From NCBI RefSeq assembly GCF_000315625.1, contig NW_005434614.1:331219-395218 (forward strand): a stretch of DNA of 64,000 nt. Reading direction: 5' to 3'. Position 1 is the first letter of the stretch. Every line of letters starts with the position of its first letter. The notes below the pieces were generated by a model. The model did no database searches, was not told the origin of the DNA, and worked only from the letters and a program-made list of their open reading frames with translations. Both the position numbers and the translations under genes were made by a program. The stretch is from Guillardia theta CCMP2712 (taxonomy: Eukaryota; Protista; Cryptophyta). Shown here piece by piece: positions 11,945 through 24,860 of the stretch.

Positions 11945-14900
11945 ATGGATGATGAAATCGAATTAGGCGATGAATGGAAGAGGCTGGGAGAGGAGTGAGG
12001 CTGTGAATGAGGAAACAAGGCAAACTCTGAAGAAGACCGCTAGCGACAGATAATTGGAAAGATTGTTGAGCTCAGCTGCCAAATAGAGAGTAAGGAATGT
12101 CAGAGTACCCAGGATTACAAACAATGTGAATGCTGCAAGAGAGAGAAGGAAGTGCGCTTGGCAATGTAAACCGATTGATGGCCATCTCTTGTTCCCTGAC
12201 CTCGCAATGCAGAGGGGGGGTCATCTATACTTGAAGGATGCCTTCGATCCTCGAATATGCTTCTTGGCTTTCCGAGCGGGAGAGAAAGGGGTAAGACTCT
12301 GACCGCACCTTTTGTGCTCGTCCTGTCATCAAAAGTACGAGGTCATCCGAGTTACATCCTCATCTCTTGGCTCTTTCAGACTTGTTCACAAGCCCTGCTG
12401 TCCAACTGCAGCTTAAAGATTTTCAATCTTTTTTCAATTCATGTGTTTGAACTGATACCTCCCACCTGTACTTTTTTCCCTTTCCCTTCAACTTGGCACA
12501 AAATTAACATTGATTCGTCTGTTTCGTTTGCGTCTTCAACTCGTCATTCTACCTCCATCCTCTCCGCCAAGATGGTTCTTAGTTGCTCCTCTGCAGGTGG
12601 ACAACAGGAGCGTACTACAAGACATTGGATGACTTTCACCTGGTAAGAGCGTGGAAGGCTGCGAGACTCGATGTCATGAAGTACTCCAGGTTCTTTTATG
12701 TCGCAAGTACACTCAAGATATACAAAAGATCAATCCAGCACTAGAAAAACTCTCGTCCGGCAACTACATCGAACGGGTAACATTAGACTGTAGCTACTCC
12801 TGAGGATGGTAATTGTGTTGCATCCCAGATTGACAACGGATCTTCTGGGACATGTAATCCGCAGTTCCTGTTGTATCCGTGTCTCTCATAGTCTTGCAGC
12901 CTTTGAAAACGCGTCGAATCCCAACGAGGTCGATGTTCACTCCAACAGCAAGACCTTTTCAGAAATACCTGAAGAAGGTGAATGAACAAAAGTTAGATAC
13001 ATTTGCTGTGCTGAAATCGAGGGTTTGCAGATACGGAAGGTGGAGAATTGGCCGAGCAGACGCACTTGTTTGCGAAGTTTACATGCTCCTACAAGATCTG
13101 GGATTTCTTGCAGCAGGTGGAGTGAAAGCAGTCAAACTCGGCTGGGCTGACAAGTGGTGTAGGTTGAGAAAGGGCAGATCGCTTCCTTTCCTCAAAATGA
13201 TATGATCGATGTGAGCCCGCCTCACTCGTTTTGATTCGGTTACTCACGCTCACGTTAGGGTGCCTTTGTGTTCTCTGACCTGAGCGGCTTCTCCAAACTC
13301 TGTGAGTCCTATGTGGACAAGTTCTCGGGCAGACACTCGGCGGAAGTGAGCGGACAAGCTCCTCGCTGTGCTCCCATGTGACGTTGCGGTAGGCCATGGC
13401 CAAGGCGTCGGAGAAGCTCAACCTCGTTGTCAACTCAGTCTTTGAGCTTCAAGTTAGTCTGCACGCCTGTGGCCTGCCCGCCCGTTGACCAGCAGCAGAT
13501 TCGGCTGGTGGACTTGTACAACGGAGACGTCGTGAACTTCGCGGGGGATGCGTTGTTCGTGCTCTTCCATGCCGACGACATCGCCACCGCAGCCCAGCGC
13601 GCTGCTGCATGCGCTCTTGCCATGTTGGATGGAGTCGCACAGCGTTTGAAGGTGACTGCTGGAGCTGCAGGTGGCCTTTGCTGAGAAGTTGTGATATCAC
13701 AGGCGATGGAGGAGATGGGGATGGATGAGCTTGACACCCAGCTCTTCCTGCACATCGGAGTCGGAGCTGGGAAGATCCGCTGCATGACATACGGAGGAGA
13801 GTTCGACAAGGTAGCGCGAGCTCTCGGGTTGATGTCTGTCTATCTGCCTCATCCTCCTCTCAGGCCGAGTTCGTGGCGGCTGGACCAGCATTGACGGAGG
13901 CAAAGGACTGCGGAGAGCTGGCCAAGTGTGGAGAGGTCAAAGCGAAAGCTTTCAAGGGCTTCTGTAACCAGACACTCAGGCGGTGATCTCCGAGACTGTC
14001 TTGAACCTATGCAAACCCCTCTCCCCTGATGTCGCTCAGATCGGGCAGGTCAGTTTCTTTTGTCTTCCTTCGCCCCTCCCTCAGCACAATCCGCCATCTC
14101 TCTGTCCTCTGTCTTCCTCCTTATCAGCTCGCACCCTCTCGTCAGACATCTCCTCTACTCCAACTCCTCGTGTCGTGCCCTGCTCGAGCTCTGCTCGTCC
14201 TGAAGTCAATGCAGTCGCGGATGGCTGGCGTGGATGGGCTGGGCGAGACGAACTACTATGTCCTCAACAGCTTCAAGGAGCAGCCGAAGATGCCGGAAGT
14301 GACGGCAAGGCAGATGCTCCTGAACAGGCTGAGGAACTGCGATAGCGGAGAAGTAGAGGAGGCGATGCGGCGATTCGTGCCTCACAGCATCTCTGCTTGC
14401 GTGGACTCTGGGCAGGTCTGATCCCTTGTCCTCCAGCTGGCACTGCTGATGAGATTGCTGGGCAGTCGCCCAAGGAAGCGGAGGAGAGTCGAAGAGTGAC
14501 TATCATGTTCATCCGCCTGCTGGATATCGAATGTGAACCCTTCGACTACTCCAAGGTATCGTAAAGATCATCAGCAAGTAGTGATGGTGGTGGAGGAGAT
14601 GAGGAAGAGGAGGAGGCTGACGTCACCCGCAGGCCGAGACTGTCCAGCTGTTACAGAAGTGCATCCTGGAGATCTACGCGATGCTGCATCGGTATGAAGG
14701 AACCGTCTCTCGCTTTCAGATCGACGACAAGGGGACGGTGTTGAAGATTGTCTTCGGGTACTGGAAGAGAGGATTGCGACCGGACCCTGCTCACTCCTTC
14801 CTCCTAGTTTCCCTCTCATGGCACACGAGGACGATCCCGTTCGGTCTGTGCACGCGGCGATTGAAATCAGGAAAAATCTCAAGGCCATCAACGTGCAGAG

Positions 14901-17900
14901 CTGCATCGGTTCGCTTGTCATTCCTCATCTTCATCCTCATCTCTACCTCCTCTCCTCGCCTCCTCTCGCTCTCATGGTCCTGCCTCTCTCAATGATTCGA
15001 GGACGTTGCTTCATTCGTTCATTTTGTCCGAGCAGGCATTGCGACAGGATACACAATCTGCGGGCTTGTTGGAAACGACGTCAGACTTGAGTACACAGCA
15101 GTTGGAAGGTCCTTTCCTCCCCCTGCTGCATCTCTAGCAATCGCTCCAACTTCGATTCATTTCCTTCTCTTCCTCACTTGATGTCTTCTTCCTCCCTCTC
15201 ATTCCCATCTCCTCCCCTTCGTCCTCCTCCCTTCACATGCTGTGATCGACTGAGATTTGCCTCCCCGCAGCTCGGTCATCCTAGCGGCAAGGCTGATGCA
15301 GGTGACGAGCGTTTCTTGTCTCTTCCAGTGCCTCACCTGCAGAGCAGAACGCCAACTGCTGCATCCTCGTTAACCAGGACACCTACCGCTCCTCCTGCGG
15401 CTCGGCAGTTTTCGAGAAGATCTGCTCGATCAAGGTCAAGGGAAGGGACGACAAGATCAAGGTCTTCCGGCCGGTGGAGAGCGAGCGGCGAATTACCAAG
15501 AAGTTGGCGCCCATGCACGACTCCGAGGGGATCCTGGGAAGAGACAAGGAGGTGGAGGAGCTCCGCAGCAGCTTCTTCGAGTACCTCGAGCAGCACGCTG
15601 CTGACAACACCTGCCCCAGTCACTACGTCGTCCTTTCCGGCCCAGCTGGGATTGGAAAAGCAACTCTGCTGGGCAGGTTTCTGGGGCTCGTCACTGAGAT
15701 CAAGAATCTGCGCATTCTGAAGGTGAGAGGAGGAGGAGGAGGAGGAGGAGGAGGAGGAGGAGGAGGAGGAGGAGGAGGAGGAGAACCAGGGGAAGGTGAA
15801 ACAAGAAGAGGAGCTGGAAGGAGGAGGAGGGGCAGGAGCTGGAAAATCTGATTTTCTGTCTCCAGTCTACAGCAGAAGCGGTGGAAAGCAAGACACCGTA
15901 CCACCCATGGAAGAAAGTTCTCGCCTCCCTCCTCGGGGTTGATATGAACACGAAGCCGACGCAGTTCACAACGAGAGCATGCGTCACCGCCCTCTACAAC
16001 ATCATGGGCGACGACCTCGAGAAGCACTCCGCACTCAACGACGTCCTGCCCACCAACTTCCCAGCTGAGCGAGGAGCAGACGCTCTCGACTCCCGTAGCA
16101 GGAGGCTAAAGCTGACGGAGATCCTGGTGAAGCTCTTCAATGCCACAGCTGAGAAATCTCCAGTGCTGATTGTCATGCACGCCTGCCAGTTCTTTGACAA
16201 CAGCTCCAGCTCTCTCCTTCGCCAGATCCTCCGAAGGTGTAAGGGCACCTACGTCCTGGTTTCAACTCGCAGTGAGACAGGACTAGCTGACTTCAACGAT
16301 CTGGGCAAGTACGGCTGCAAGACCAAGCTGCTCCCCCTTCTCCCGCTCTCCAAGGAGCTCTCCATCCAGCTCGTCAAGAAAACTCTCGGGGTCTCCGAGC
16401 TGGAGCAGAGCATCGTCGACGTGGTCATGAATCGCACGCAGGGCATCCCCCTCTACTGCGTCGAGTTCGCACGGGTTGTCAAAGACTCGCCGGGAGGAGC
16501 CATCAGCGAGCTACCGGATACCATCACAGGAGCCATCCTCCTCCGCATCGACCGCCTCCTTCCCGCCCCAAAGCTCGTCCTCAAGATCGTAGCGGTGGCT
16601 GGGAAGAACGTCCGGGCGTCGCTCATTGCCGACGTCGTGCCGGCGCAGTTCACAACGGAGGATCTGCAGGCAGAGCTGGAGTACCTCGTGTCGCTCGACA
16701 TCCTCATTCGCGACCGCAACGGCTACTGCTTCCGACACGAGATGGTGCAGGAGGTCGTTCTCGGCTTCCTCACGTTCTCTCAGAAGCGATTCCTACACAA
16801 GAGGATCGCAAACTACTACGTCAACTCCAACGCTGAAGTCTCCGCGGCCACGTTGGCGATTCACTTCGAGCTGGCGGCCAAGGGGATGGACCAGTCTGAG
16901 CTCGACGTGCCGGCATGCAAACGAGCCATCTGGTTTCTCAAGGTGCTCAGACCTTCTCCCTCTGCTCTCCTCTCCTGCCTAACTTGCTCCTCCCTCTCTT
17001 CGTCTCGCTCACTGCCCTTCTCTCTTCCTATTCTCGCAACTTTGCTTGCTTGCTTGGCGTCATTATCCTGTCTCATCCATCTACCTGTCTCTATCTTTAC
17101 TTCCACCACCATCTTCTTTGACTTCTTCTCTGCCACTTCCTTCTTCCCTCCTTCACTTTCTCTCTTTCTCCTATCCTTACACGCTGTCAGGTGGCAGCAG
17201 AAGAAGCGATGAAGGCTAACGCCATTGAGGACGCCAACAAATATCTCGCGAGGTGTCACGACCTGATGCACCTGATCCCCAGCAGCGCCGATCCCTTCGA
17301 CCTCGAGATGGCACTCGGGCTTGTCGATGGCAACGAGCTGCTTCTCCGCCAGGTCTACACCCCTCCCCTCCTCTTATCTCCTCTCCTTTCCTCTCCTCTT
17401 ATCTCCTCTCCTTTCCTCTCCTCTTATCTCCTCTCCCCTCCTCTTATCTCCCCTCCCCTCCTCTTATCTTCACTCCTTTCCCCTCCTCTTATCTCCTCTC
17501 CTTTCCTCTTCTCTTATCTCCTCTCCTCTCCTCTCCTCGTATCTCCTCTCCTTTCCTCTCCTCTTATCTCCTCTCCTTTCCTCTCCTCTTATCTCCTCTC
17601 CTCTTATCTCCTCTCCTTTCCTCTCCTCTTATCTCCTCTCCTTTCCTCTTATCTTATCTCCTCTCCTTTCCTCTCCTCTTATCTCCTCTCCCCTCCTCTT
17701 ATCTCCCCTCCCCTCCTCTTATCTCCTCTCCTTTCCTCTCCTCTTATCTCCTCTCCCCTCCTCTTATCTCCCCTCCCCTCCTCTTATCTTCACTCCTTTC
17801 CCCTCCTCTTATCTCCTCTCCTTTCCTCTCCTCTTATCTCCTCTCCCCTCCTCTTATCTCCTCTCCTTTCCTCTTCTCTTATCTCCTCTCCTTTCCCCTC

Positions 17901-18944
17901 CTCTCCTCTCCTTTCCTCTTCTCTTATCTTATCTCCTCTCCCCTCCTCTTATCTCCTCTCCTTTCCTCTTCTCTTATCTCCTCTCCTTTCCTCTCCTCTT
18001 ATCTCCTCGTATCTCCCCTCCCCTCCCCTCCCCTCCCCTCCCCTCCCCTCCCCTCCTCTTTTTTTTTCTGACGTTCATCATGGTGGGCCGCATTCGTTCT
18101 TGATGTCTCCGCTCTTTCTTTGCTCGAGTCTCATGCTTCTTTCCAGGTGCTCGAGCAGTTCCGGGAGAACTCGCAGACGTCGGTCAGAAAGATCTCCGAA
18201 GTCGTCCAGGAGCGAGAGGACACGGGAAGTGACAGCGCCAAGATCGCAGAGAAGGGGAAGGAGTGGCTGGAGGCGATCAGGTGGGCAGAGGAGGGGCACA
18301 GTGGGTGAGGTAGGAGGTAGATTCTTCCGACAGATGCACATGGAGGAGAACGAGAAAGATGAAGGAGGAGGATGGAGGGGAGAGAGGGAGAAGAGTAGAG
18401 GGGGGAAGCTGCTACTGGAGGGAGGGAGGGATGTGACTAGGATGAGCAGATTCGAAGCTCGAAGCATCGCATCCGCTGCGAGCACTTTGGGAGCAGAAGA
18501 CTTGTCGACATCAGCATTGGATGTGGAGAACTCAGCTCTCGAAGTGAGTATCGTCCCTCTCCTCCTCTCCTCCTCTCCTCCTCTCGCTCCTTCCGGCGTT
18601 CCGCTTCTTGGAAGGCTCCTGTTTTCACCCCCGGGGGAGACTGAATGTCGTCGCGGCAGGTGCAGGACTGGCAGGAAGTTTTGGCGGCCATCAAGAGACT
18701 GGGGGAGAAGTTTTCTGTGTTGTGCAATTTTATCGACAGCATGTCGGGCAAGGGGCTTCAGAGGGAGGGAGATCGAAGCTCGCTGAGCATGGCGACTGCC
18801 AGCAACCAGGACCGCAAGGAGGAGAGCAACGACTCTCCGAACCTCTCCCCCGATGTCGCCCAGGACAGCAGTGCACCTGCGCAAGAGTCGCACGTGCTAC
18901 TTGACGAGATGATGCGGGACCAGCCTCTGTTCAAGCCCAGCTGA
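11945..18944 (+). CDS. soluble adenylate cyclase (ADCY10-like): tandem class III cyclase domains + STAND P-loop, multi-exon
   Basis: C1: FSDLSGFSKL, GDVVNFAGDALFVLF, LHIGVGAG. C2: RRVTIMFI, FQIDDKG, HEDDPVR, GIATG..CGLVG..RLEYTAVG, VILAARLM. NTPase: ILGRDKE, LSGPAGIGK, RTQGIPLY, RIDRL, FRHEMVQEV. The 5' start is uncertain. Confidence 0.88.
15729..15783. repeat. (GGA)n microsatellite in intron
   Basis: Follows the AAG|GTGAGA donor; produces a spurious poly-Gly. Confidence 0.9.
17361..18060. repeat. polypyrimidine minisatellite (CTCCTCTTAT/CTCCTCTCCTTTC units) filling a sAC intron
   Basis: About 700 bp of near-pure C/T between the donor CAG|GTCTAC and the acceptor TTCCAG|GTG. Confidence 0.9.
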
Positions 18945-19160
18945 CGCAGAGCTTCCGTACTCTCTTGTCTCCTGCTCGCCCTCCGCCACCTCCCTCCTCG
19001 TCTATTTCCTCCCTGCTCCTCACACCACCTTGCCTCACCTTATCTTTCTTCGTATTCATACAAGAGATTATCTATCCGACTTTGAACTTGCTTGGCAGCT
19101 TGAGCTGTGATATGTCTTGGCGTCTCTTTCTCCCTTTCTCTTCATGGTCTTGTCCCTCCT

Positions 19161-20720
19161 CTAGCAGTGAAATGTTCCGATCGTGAAGCCTCTGTCGGCA
19201 CCCCCTCCAAGCTGGTGACGGGCAAACGTGCGGATCCTTCCCAGCTGCACCAGGTCAGCCAAGAGATCTTCATGCTGAGAGCAGGCGCCTGGGGGGCAGG
19301 GGATGCCCTCCAGCACGAAGAGACGCGAAGTCTCTCGCTGACCAGCAAGAACACACAACACCGAGAGCACTTGCTCCAACTCACTCGCCGTTCGGTTCAA
19401 AACTTTGACAAGAGAAAAATCACAGCGGAAGTCCGGCTGCAACTTGAGCAACGCAACAAGCTTCTCGTCGCTCTCGAGCGAAACTGCCGCAAATCTGCCA
19501 GGAAACGAGCGAGCAAGCAGCCTGGCTGTCTGCCTCTGAGGCTCGTCGGAGAAACGATCAAGCGCGAGATGCCGGGTCTTGGTGCTGGACTCGAGCATGT
19601 CGAGGCTGGTGAGGCCGCTGCCGAAGCCAACATGGCACACCAGCTCCACCTCCTTGGACGAGGTCTGACCCATTAAGAGCTGCCGGTAAGCGACCAAGTG
19701 ATCCAGACAGAGGCCCTGGCAGGAGGCGCGATGCTCAGACCGCAGCTTCCAGTATTGCTCTCTGACGTGTCGTACGCCCTCCTCGCTTGTTGCTGGAAAC
19801 GCTGCAGTCGAAGCCTTAACGAGAGAATCGAGAACGAGCTCAACTTGCTGCGATTGAATGTCAACAATCACATCGGCTTGACCGTCTGCTTCCAGCTCCT
19901 TCTCCTCTTGGTTGGCCTTCTGCTCCTCCTCCCCTCTCCTTGCGATAGCATGCTCAAGATCACGAATTTTCAATTTCAGTCTGTCAACCTCACTGCTCCA
20001 ATCCTGAACCAACAAGTCAGGAGGAAACAAGGCGGAGAACAGATTGGCTGCGGATATCAAAGAGAGAATTCAGTCTCACCGGCATGTCGCAGATGTTTGA
20101 CTTCGACTTCTGCTCTTCCAAGTGCGAGCTCATGACATCAGTGGATCTCTGTAAGAGCCCTCGACCGAGGAGGTCAATGTTGTTTCGAATGCCTCCTATC
20201 CACTCCTCGCCATCTTGCGCAAGCGACTGCAGCAACCAAGTCCTTCCCATCCGATCTTGGATGCTCCACGTTGGCGGGTTGTCACCAGTCAACTCAAGCC
20301 AAGCAAGCCAGAGGTCGATGGACATGCTGAACTCCGGAGCCTCTCGAGACTGCTACAGCGACTCGTCACCGACCTAGCGGCTTCAACAGTATGCTTCTGA
20401 ACCTTGAGAGCTTCTTGATGAGGAAGAATCCAGAGTTTGTCTCTCCAGAGATAGCAAGACCTGCTCGACTTCACCGAGGGCTTCAGAGCATGTGTCACAT
20501 ACCAGGGGGTTTGCTCTCCTTCCATTCTCGCAGCCTTGTGCTCCTTGCCCTGCTGAGTGAGTCAGCTCGAAGACAGCTCTCGAGGTTTGGCACAGAAAAG
20601 GGTCCTTGCAGCCAAAGCAGCCCTTGCTTCACGCTTCCGTAAGGTCCATCCTACCACCCTCGTCAAGCATAAAAGTCAGAGCGACGCTGAGTACCAGCAT
20701 CATCTGTTGCGCTGCTGGTA
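19161..20720 (-). CDS. hypothetical protein with C-terminal degenerate SAM-methyltransferase-like domain
   Basis: LVCHVGFGSGLTSL (motif I-like), LALD, FPGRF, CDFSLV; an upstream coiled coil. The 5' exons are uncertain. Confidence 0.55.
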
Positions 20721-20807
20721 GCAATGCAGGCCTCTTGATCTTGCTTTCACTAAGTGTTTCATCGGTGCCAGTCTGAGTCGCTTGACCTCAACATGGCGTG
20801 AGATGTG

Positions 20808-21935
20808 TCAGAGCTCTTCGCGCTTCTCACCTGACACGTCACTCTCTGACGGTGATTTCACTTTCCGCGGGTCATGCCAACTGGATGTTCCAGTCTGATG
20901 GTTGAAGTAGTAGACTCTTCCGCTGGGATGAAGATGCGACGTCCAGGGAGAAGGCAGCGCTAGCAGCTCAGTCTCGTCGACCTTTGGGAGCCTTTGAATT
21001 CTTTGAAGTTCTCTTCCCATCAGCTTTTTGTTCTCATATTGAAGCTTGTGAAACTCTTCCATCAGTTTGCTACACTGTTGTTGATTCAAAGCATCTTGTG
21101 GCTTCTCCCGGCTCACCATCTGCAAGGAGCTTTGACATCCCTGATGCATCAACGATCCGACAAGCAGGCGGCTTTCTCTAGGTGTAGTGCTGCTGTTGTC
21201 CCAGAGGAAACCTTTGGAATTTCTTAAAAGTGCCTGCAGGGTCTGGATTTGCTGGTTGCAATCTGACTTGTGTTCAGAAAGTATCGCGTTGCGCCTCTCT
21301 ATCTCAACTTGGAGCCTCCCGGTGTTAATCTGCCTCTCGCCTTCAATCTTTGTGAGCATGCTCTTGTACAGGAGGCTTACTGAAAGTACATGCAGCAGTA
21401 AAAACATCCCCAGGTACCAATGCTTGCCAACTTCATGGTTCGACGCTCGATGAACGCTTCTAGGATGTGCTTTCAAACGAATATTTATTGTTTTGTTTGT
21501 TCTGCCTTTGTTTGAAATGTGATGGTGGGAAGGTTTGAGAGAACTGACCGGCTTCTGGTGCTTCTGATCATGTTCATTTGATTGAAAACTTGTTTCCTCG
21601 TTTTCGCAGGTCCTTTCATCCCTTTCTGGGGCTGATATTTCGCAGTGAGCTTGTTGCATAATTCAACCAGGTCTTGTCAACAATCTGCAGGAATACACAA
21701 CAAGTATTCGTGTAAAATCTATGTTTCTTGGTTATCTCTGTGAAACCATGTTTGTCTTTTCAGGCCTCATTAAATCTAGTGGGTCCCCTCAGATTGGCAT
21801 CTGTGATTGTTGTTCGCTTTGGAGGACGAGGATCAGGCTGTTGCTCATCTCTTTCTGCTCATTGCTTATCAGCAGCCTTGCTCACTGACAGCTTGACCAT
21901 GTTCGAAGCCATGTGCATGCCCTCGCCGCTGGCAT
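20808..21935 (-). CDS. membrane-anchored coiled-coil protein with C-terminal WW domain
   Basis: LPSPWTSHLHPSGRVYYFNHQTGTSSWHDPR is a canonical WW domain. TM segment WYLGMFLLLHVLSVSLLY. Start approximate. Confidence 0.8.
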
Positions 21936-23489
21936 TGATGAGCCTCCGCCTCAGGTTGCAACCGTTGCCCCGACACTCATCCGATTACTAGTGGTACGGG
22001 AGTCTCCTGATTGTCCTCGTACTGATTTAACTTAACTTTAAGTAAAGGTATAACTTTGAGTAAAGAGGCACCGGCCGCGCGGCGGCCGGGCACTGCAGGC
22101 ATGCCGGCCGGCGGGCAGGGCCCGGCCGGCCCAGCGGCACTCAGTGGCGTGTGCCGTGCCCACTCGGACCGCGCCGCGACATCCCGTTCCGGCCGCCCCC
22201 GGGTGACACAGGCCCCGGCCAGGCTAAGATGTTGCCAAGTTGCCTGATGCAAGTTTACTACGCCGGACTCGAGAAGTAGCCGCTGATAGTAGGCTTTATC
22301 ATCATCGTCGACTCACAGTCTAACTTTTAACAGCAGCAAAACTAGCAGTAACAGCATGTTGCCATGATCGCGGAGTCCCTACCGTACCGCCGAACTCGCC
22401 GCCGCATCCGAAGTTCACCAGTGCACCGCAGCAATGAGCACTGCAACTTGGCAATGGCGCTTCACGATCAGTTTAGGTGCTTACTATCATCACAGAATAT
22501 CTATTTGAACTGTTTTCACTCTTATAAACGGTACGGACAATTCATTGTCGATCGTCATTCGGCACGGAAGCCTGTCACTGAATGGCCGCAAGTAAATCTT
22601 GTCTCCAAGGCTAAATCTTTCCTCCGAGGCTTGCAGCTCTCAGTGACTGGTGAGGCGTTGAAATCCTAGGGTACCAATTCACCTTGATAGACATTGCAGG
22701 GAGACTTGAGATACTGATAGGATCCGAATCATCCGAGTATTTGCCGCAACTTTGTAGGGAGCTGTACAGCAATGAACCTCCTTCCTGCTTCAGAGCGAAT
22801 GAACTCAGTTTGATGTCCAATTTTTGTTTGAAAGAGAATGTCATAAATTATCATACCTGGATTGAAGGCGAAGATTCTTTCAAGATATTAGTCGCAAACT
22901 AATGCAAATGGAAGGTAAATGAGTCGCTAGCTCAAGACAACAAGGAAAGAAAGACACCAAAAGACTGTGGCCCTGTGGCGACAATACAAACCAATCACTA
23001 TCTGCGAGCGCCCACCAAAGACTCAGGTGATCTTTTAAAAACCAGTGCTTGCTCGTTTTTAAAATCTTCGAGAACACAAGTCTGTGAGTTTCAAGTCCAC
23101 ATCATCAGCTGAGTCTGCACATCGATCTCAAGACGTCTGTCTATCAGCAGGATCTACAACAGTGTCACAGCTGATCATCAAGCCGCAAGTTTGCGGTCTC
23201 CCCTCCATCTCGTTTCTGCATGCAGTTCTCTAGAGGTTTTCGAGTTGACCCCACCTGATTGCCCCATAGAATACCACCGGTACTGATTTTACCTACCCCT
23301 CCTGTAATCATGAAAAAGACCGTAAAAATGTGGGTCGAATTGAGCATCATGACCCTACCCTTTCGAGCAGAAGCGGGAACCATCGCCGACGGCAACCGTG
23401 CATTGAGAAGGAAAAGTGGCGGAGGAAAGGAGGAAGCGATGTGCCTGACGCAGGCATACAGTAGGGCATGCATCAATCTCAGAATCGAA

Positions 23490-23660
23490 GCTGCTTACTT
23501 GGAGTCGCCTGATGCTGCTTACTTGGAGTCGCCTGATGCTGCTTACTTGGAGTCGCCTGATGCTGCTTACTTGGAGTCGCCTGATGCTGCTTACTTGGAG
23601 TCGCCTGATGCTGCTTACTTGGAGTCGCCTGATGCTGCTTACTTGGAGTCGCCTGATGCT
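23490..23660. repeat. perfect 24-bp tandem repeat GCTGCTTACTTGGAGTCGCCTGAT x7
   Basis: Seven identical copies with no spacers. Confidence 0.95.
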
Positions 23661-24239
23661 CCAAACTTGTATACGATGAGGACTTGATCTTTACTCTGTG
23701 ATTTCGCCATCACAATGTCCGAGGGTGCTGTCTTCAAAATCCATTTTGTCTTCTGTTGAAAAAAAACAATACATCGTCTCAACGTATGTCTCTTCTTATT
23801 TCCTCTTCCTTTCCCTTAATCATTCTGACTACAGCTGTGAACATTTCACCATCAAAGTTTTGCTTCTTTTCTGTGCATCTACTGTACATCCTCACTCATC
23901 ATCATTCCCATGGCAGTAGCTCCCTCGGAAGTCATTGGGAACAATGAAGAGTGAAGTGAGTGAGGAAAAGTGATGGTGAAAAAGAAATAGAAAAACACAC
24001 GAGAAGGGCAAGCATGAAGAAAGAATCATTCAATACGAGAGAAAGAATTATTCGGAGAGATGGCTAAAAGGAGGTGTAATTCACAGCTGGGTGCAAGGGA
24101 ACGATGAGAGTATACGCTCAAGCAGGTTGTCGTTGAGTGAGAAGAGTAAAGAAGATAGGATAAGTGGTTAGTAGGATTGAGGCAATGTCCCAAGTGCAAC
24201 TCGGAAACCCAACCTGAACTGCAATAGAGATCAATATTG

Positions 24240-24860
24240 ATTTACCATGTTTCAACTTTTGTTTTATGGTATAGACTTGAATGACATTTATTCATTATCT
24301 TCGATGACGTTTTGGTAACTTCACAATTCATGAATGCTCTGCATACATTGCGAGAGATCTGCTTTGCTTCTTGTCCTGTTTTGTTGACTTCAGGAAAATT
24401 CTTGACTGTCTCGAGTTCATGGAATTTGAGGTATTCATGTAAAACGAGCAAGGCTTCAAAATGACCTTGACTTGTCTGCAATGTTGATAACAATTGTCAA
24501 CATTAACTTTGGATTGTTTCGAATGCGCTTTAAAGCGTTTGTTGCCTGAGTGTTGATCATGGGCAATTTCCCGAGTCATTCGGCCCTTGAATGCGGCCTG
24601 TAGTTGTCCTAGTTCTGTACAAGTCTTAATTCATTGTAAAGTTTTGAGATTTTGAGCGACACCACTGTCATATTTCAAATTTCAGGGAAATTCTGTTGTC
24701 CAACTAATGTGGTTGTGCTCTCAAAATCTTAGGTAGTATGCCTTTGGCAAAGAAATCAAGGGAATCGATCAAACATATGATTGCAAAACTGTGCTTTCAG
24801 AGTTTGTTAGATTGGCTTTCCCTCATTTTCATGCAGCCCCCATTTCCACCCAACACAGTG
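24240..24860 (-). pseudogene. possible degenerate Mutator-like transposase remnant
   Basis: AT-rich, stop-interrupted reading ..SGVAQNLK..*..REIAHDQHSG..NCYQH loosely resembles the second DDE Asp and the CxxH motif. Confidence 0.25.

Noticed and set aside
12200-12780. PX-like domain at the sAC N-terminus
   Set aside because: Exon structure could not be resolved and the similarity is only impressionistic.
17191-18786. 531/272/260-aa Leu/Ser/Pro ORFs
   Set aside because: Read-through of a stop-free intronic C/T minisatellite.
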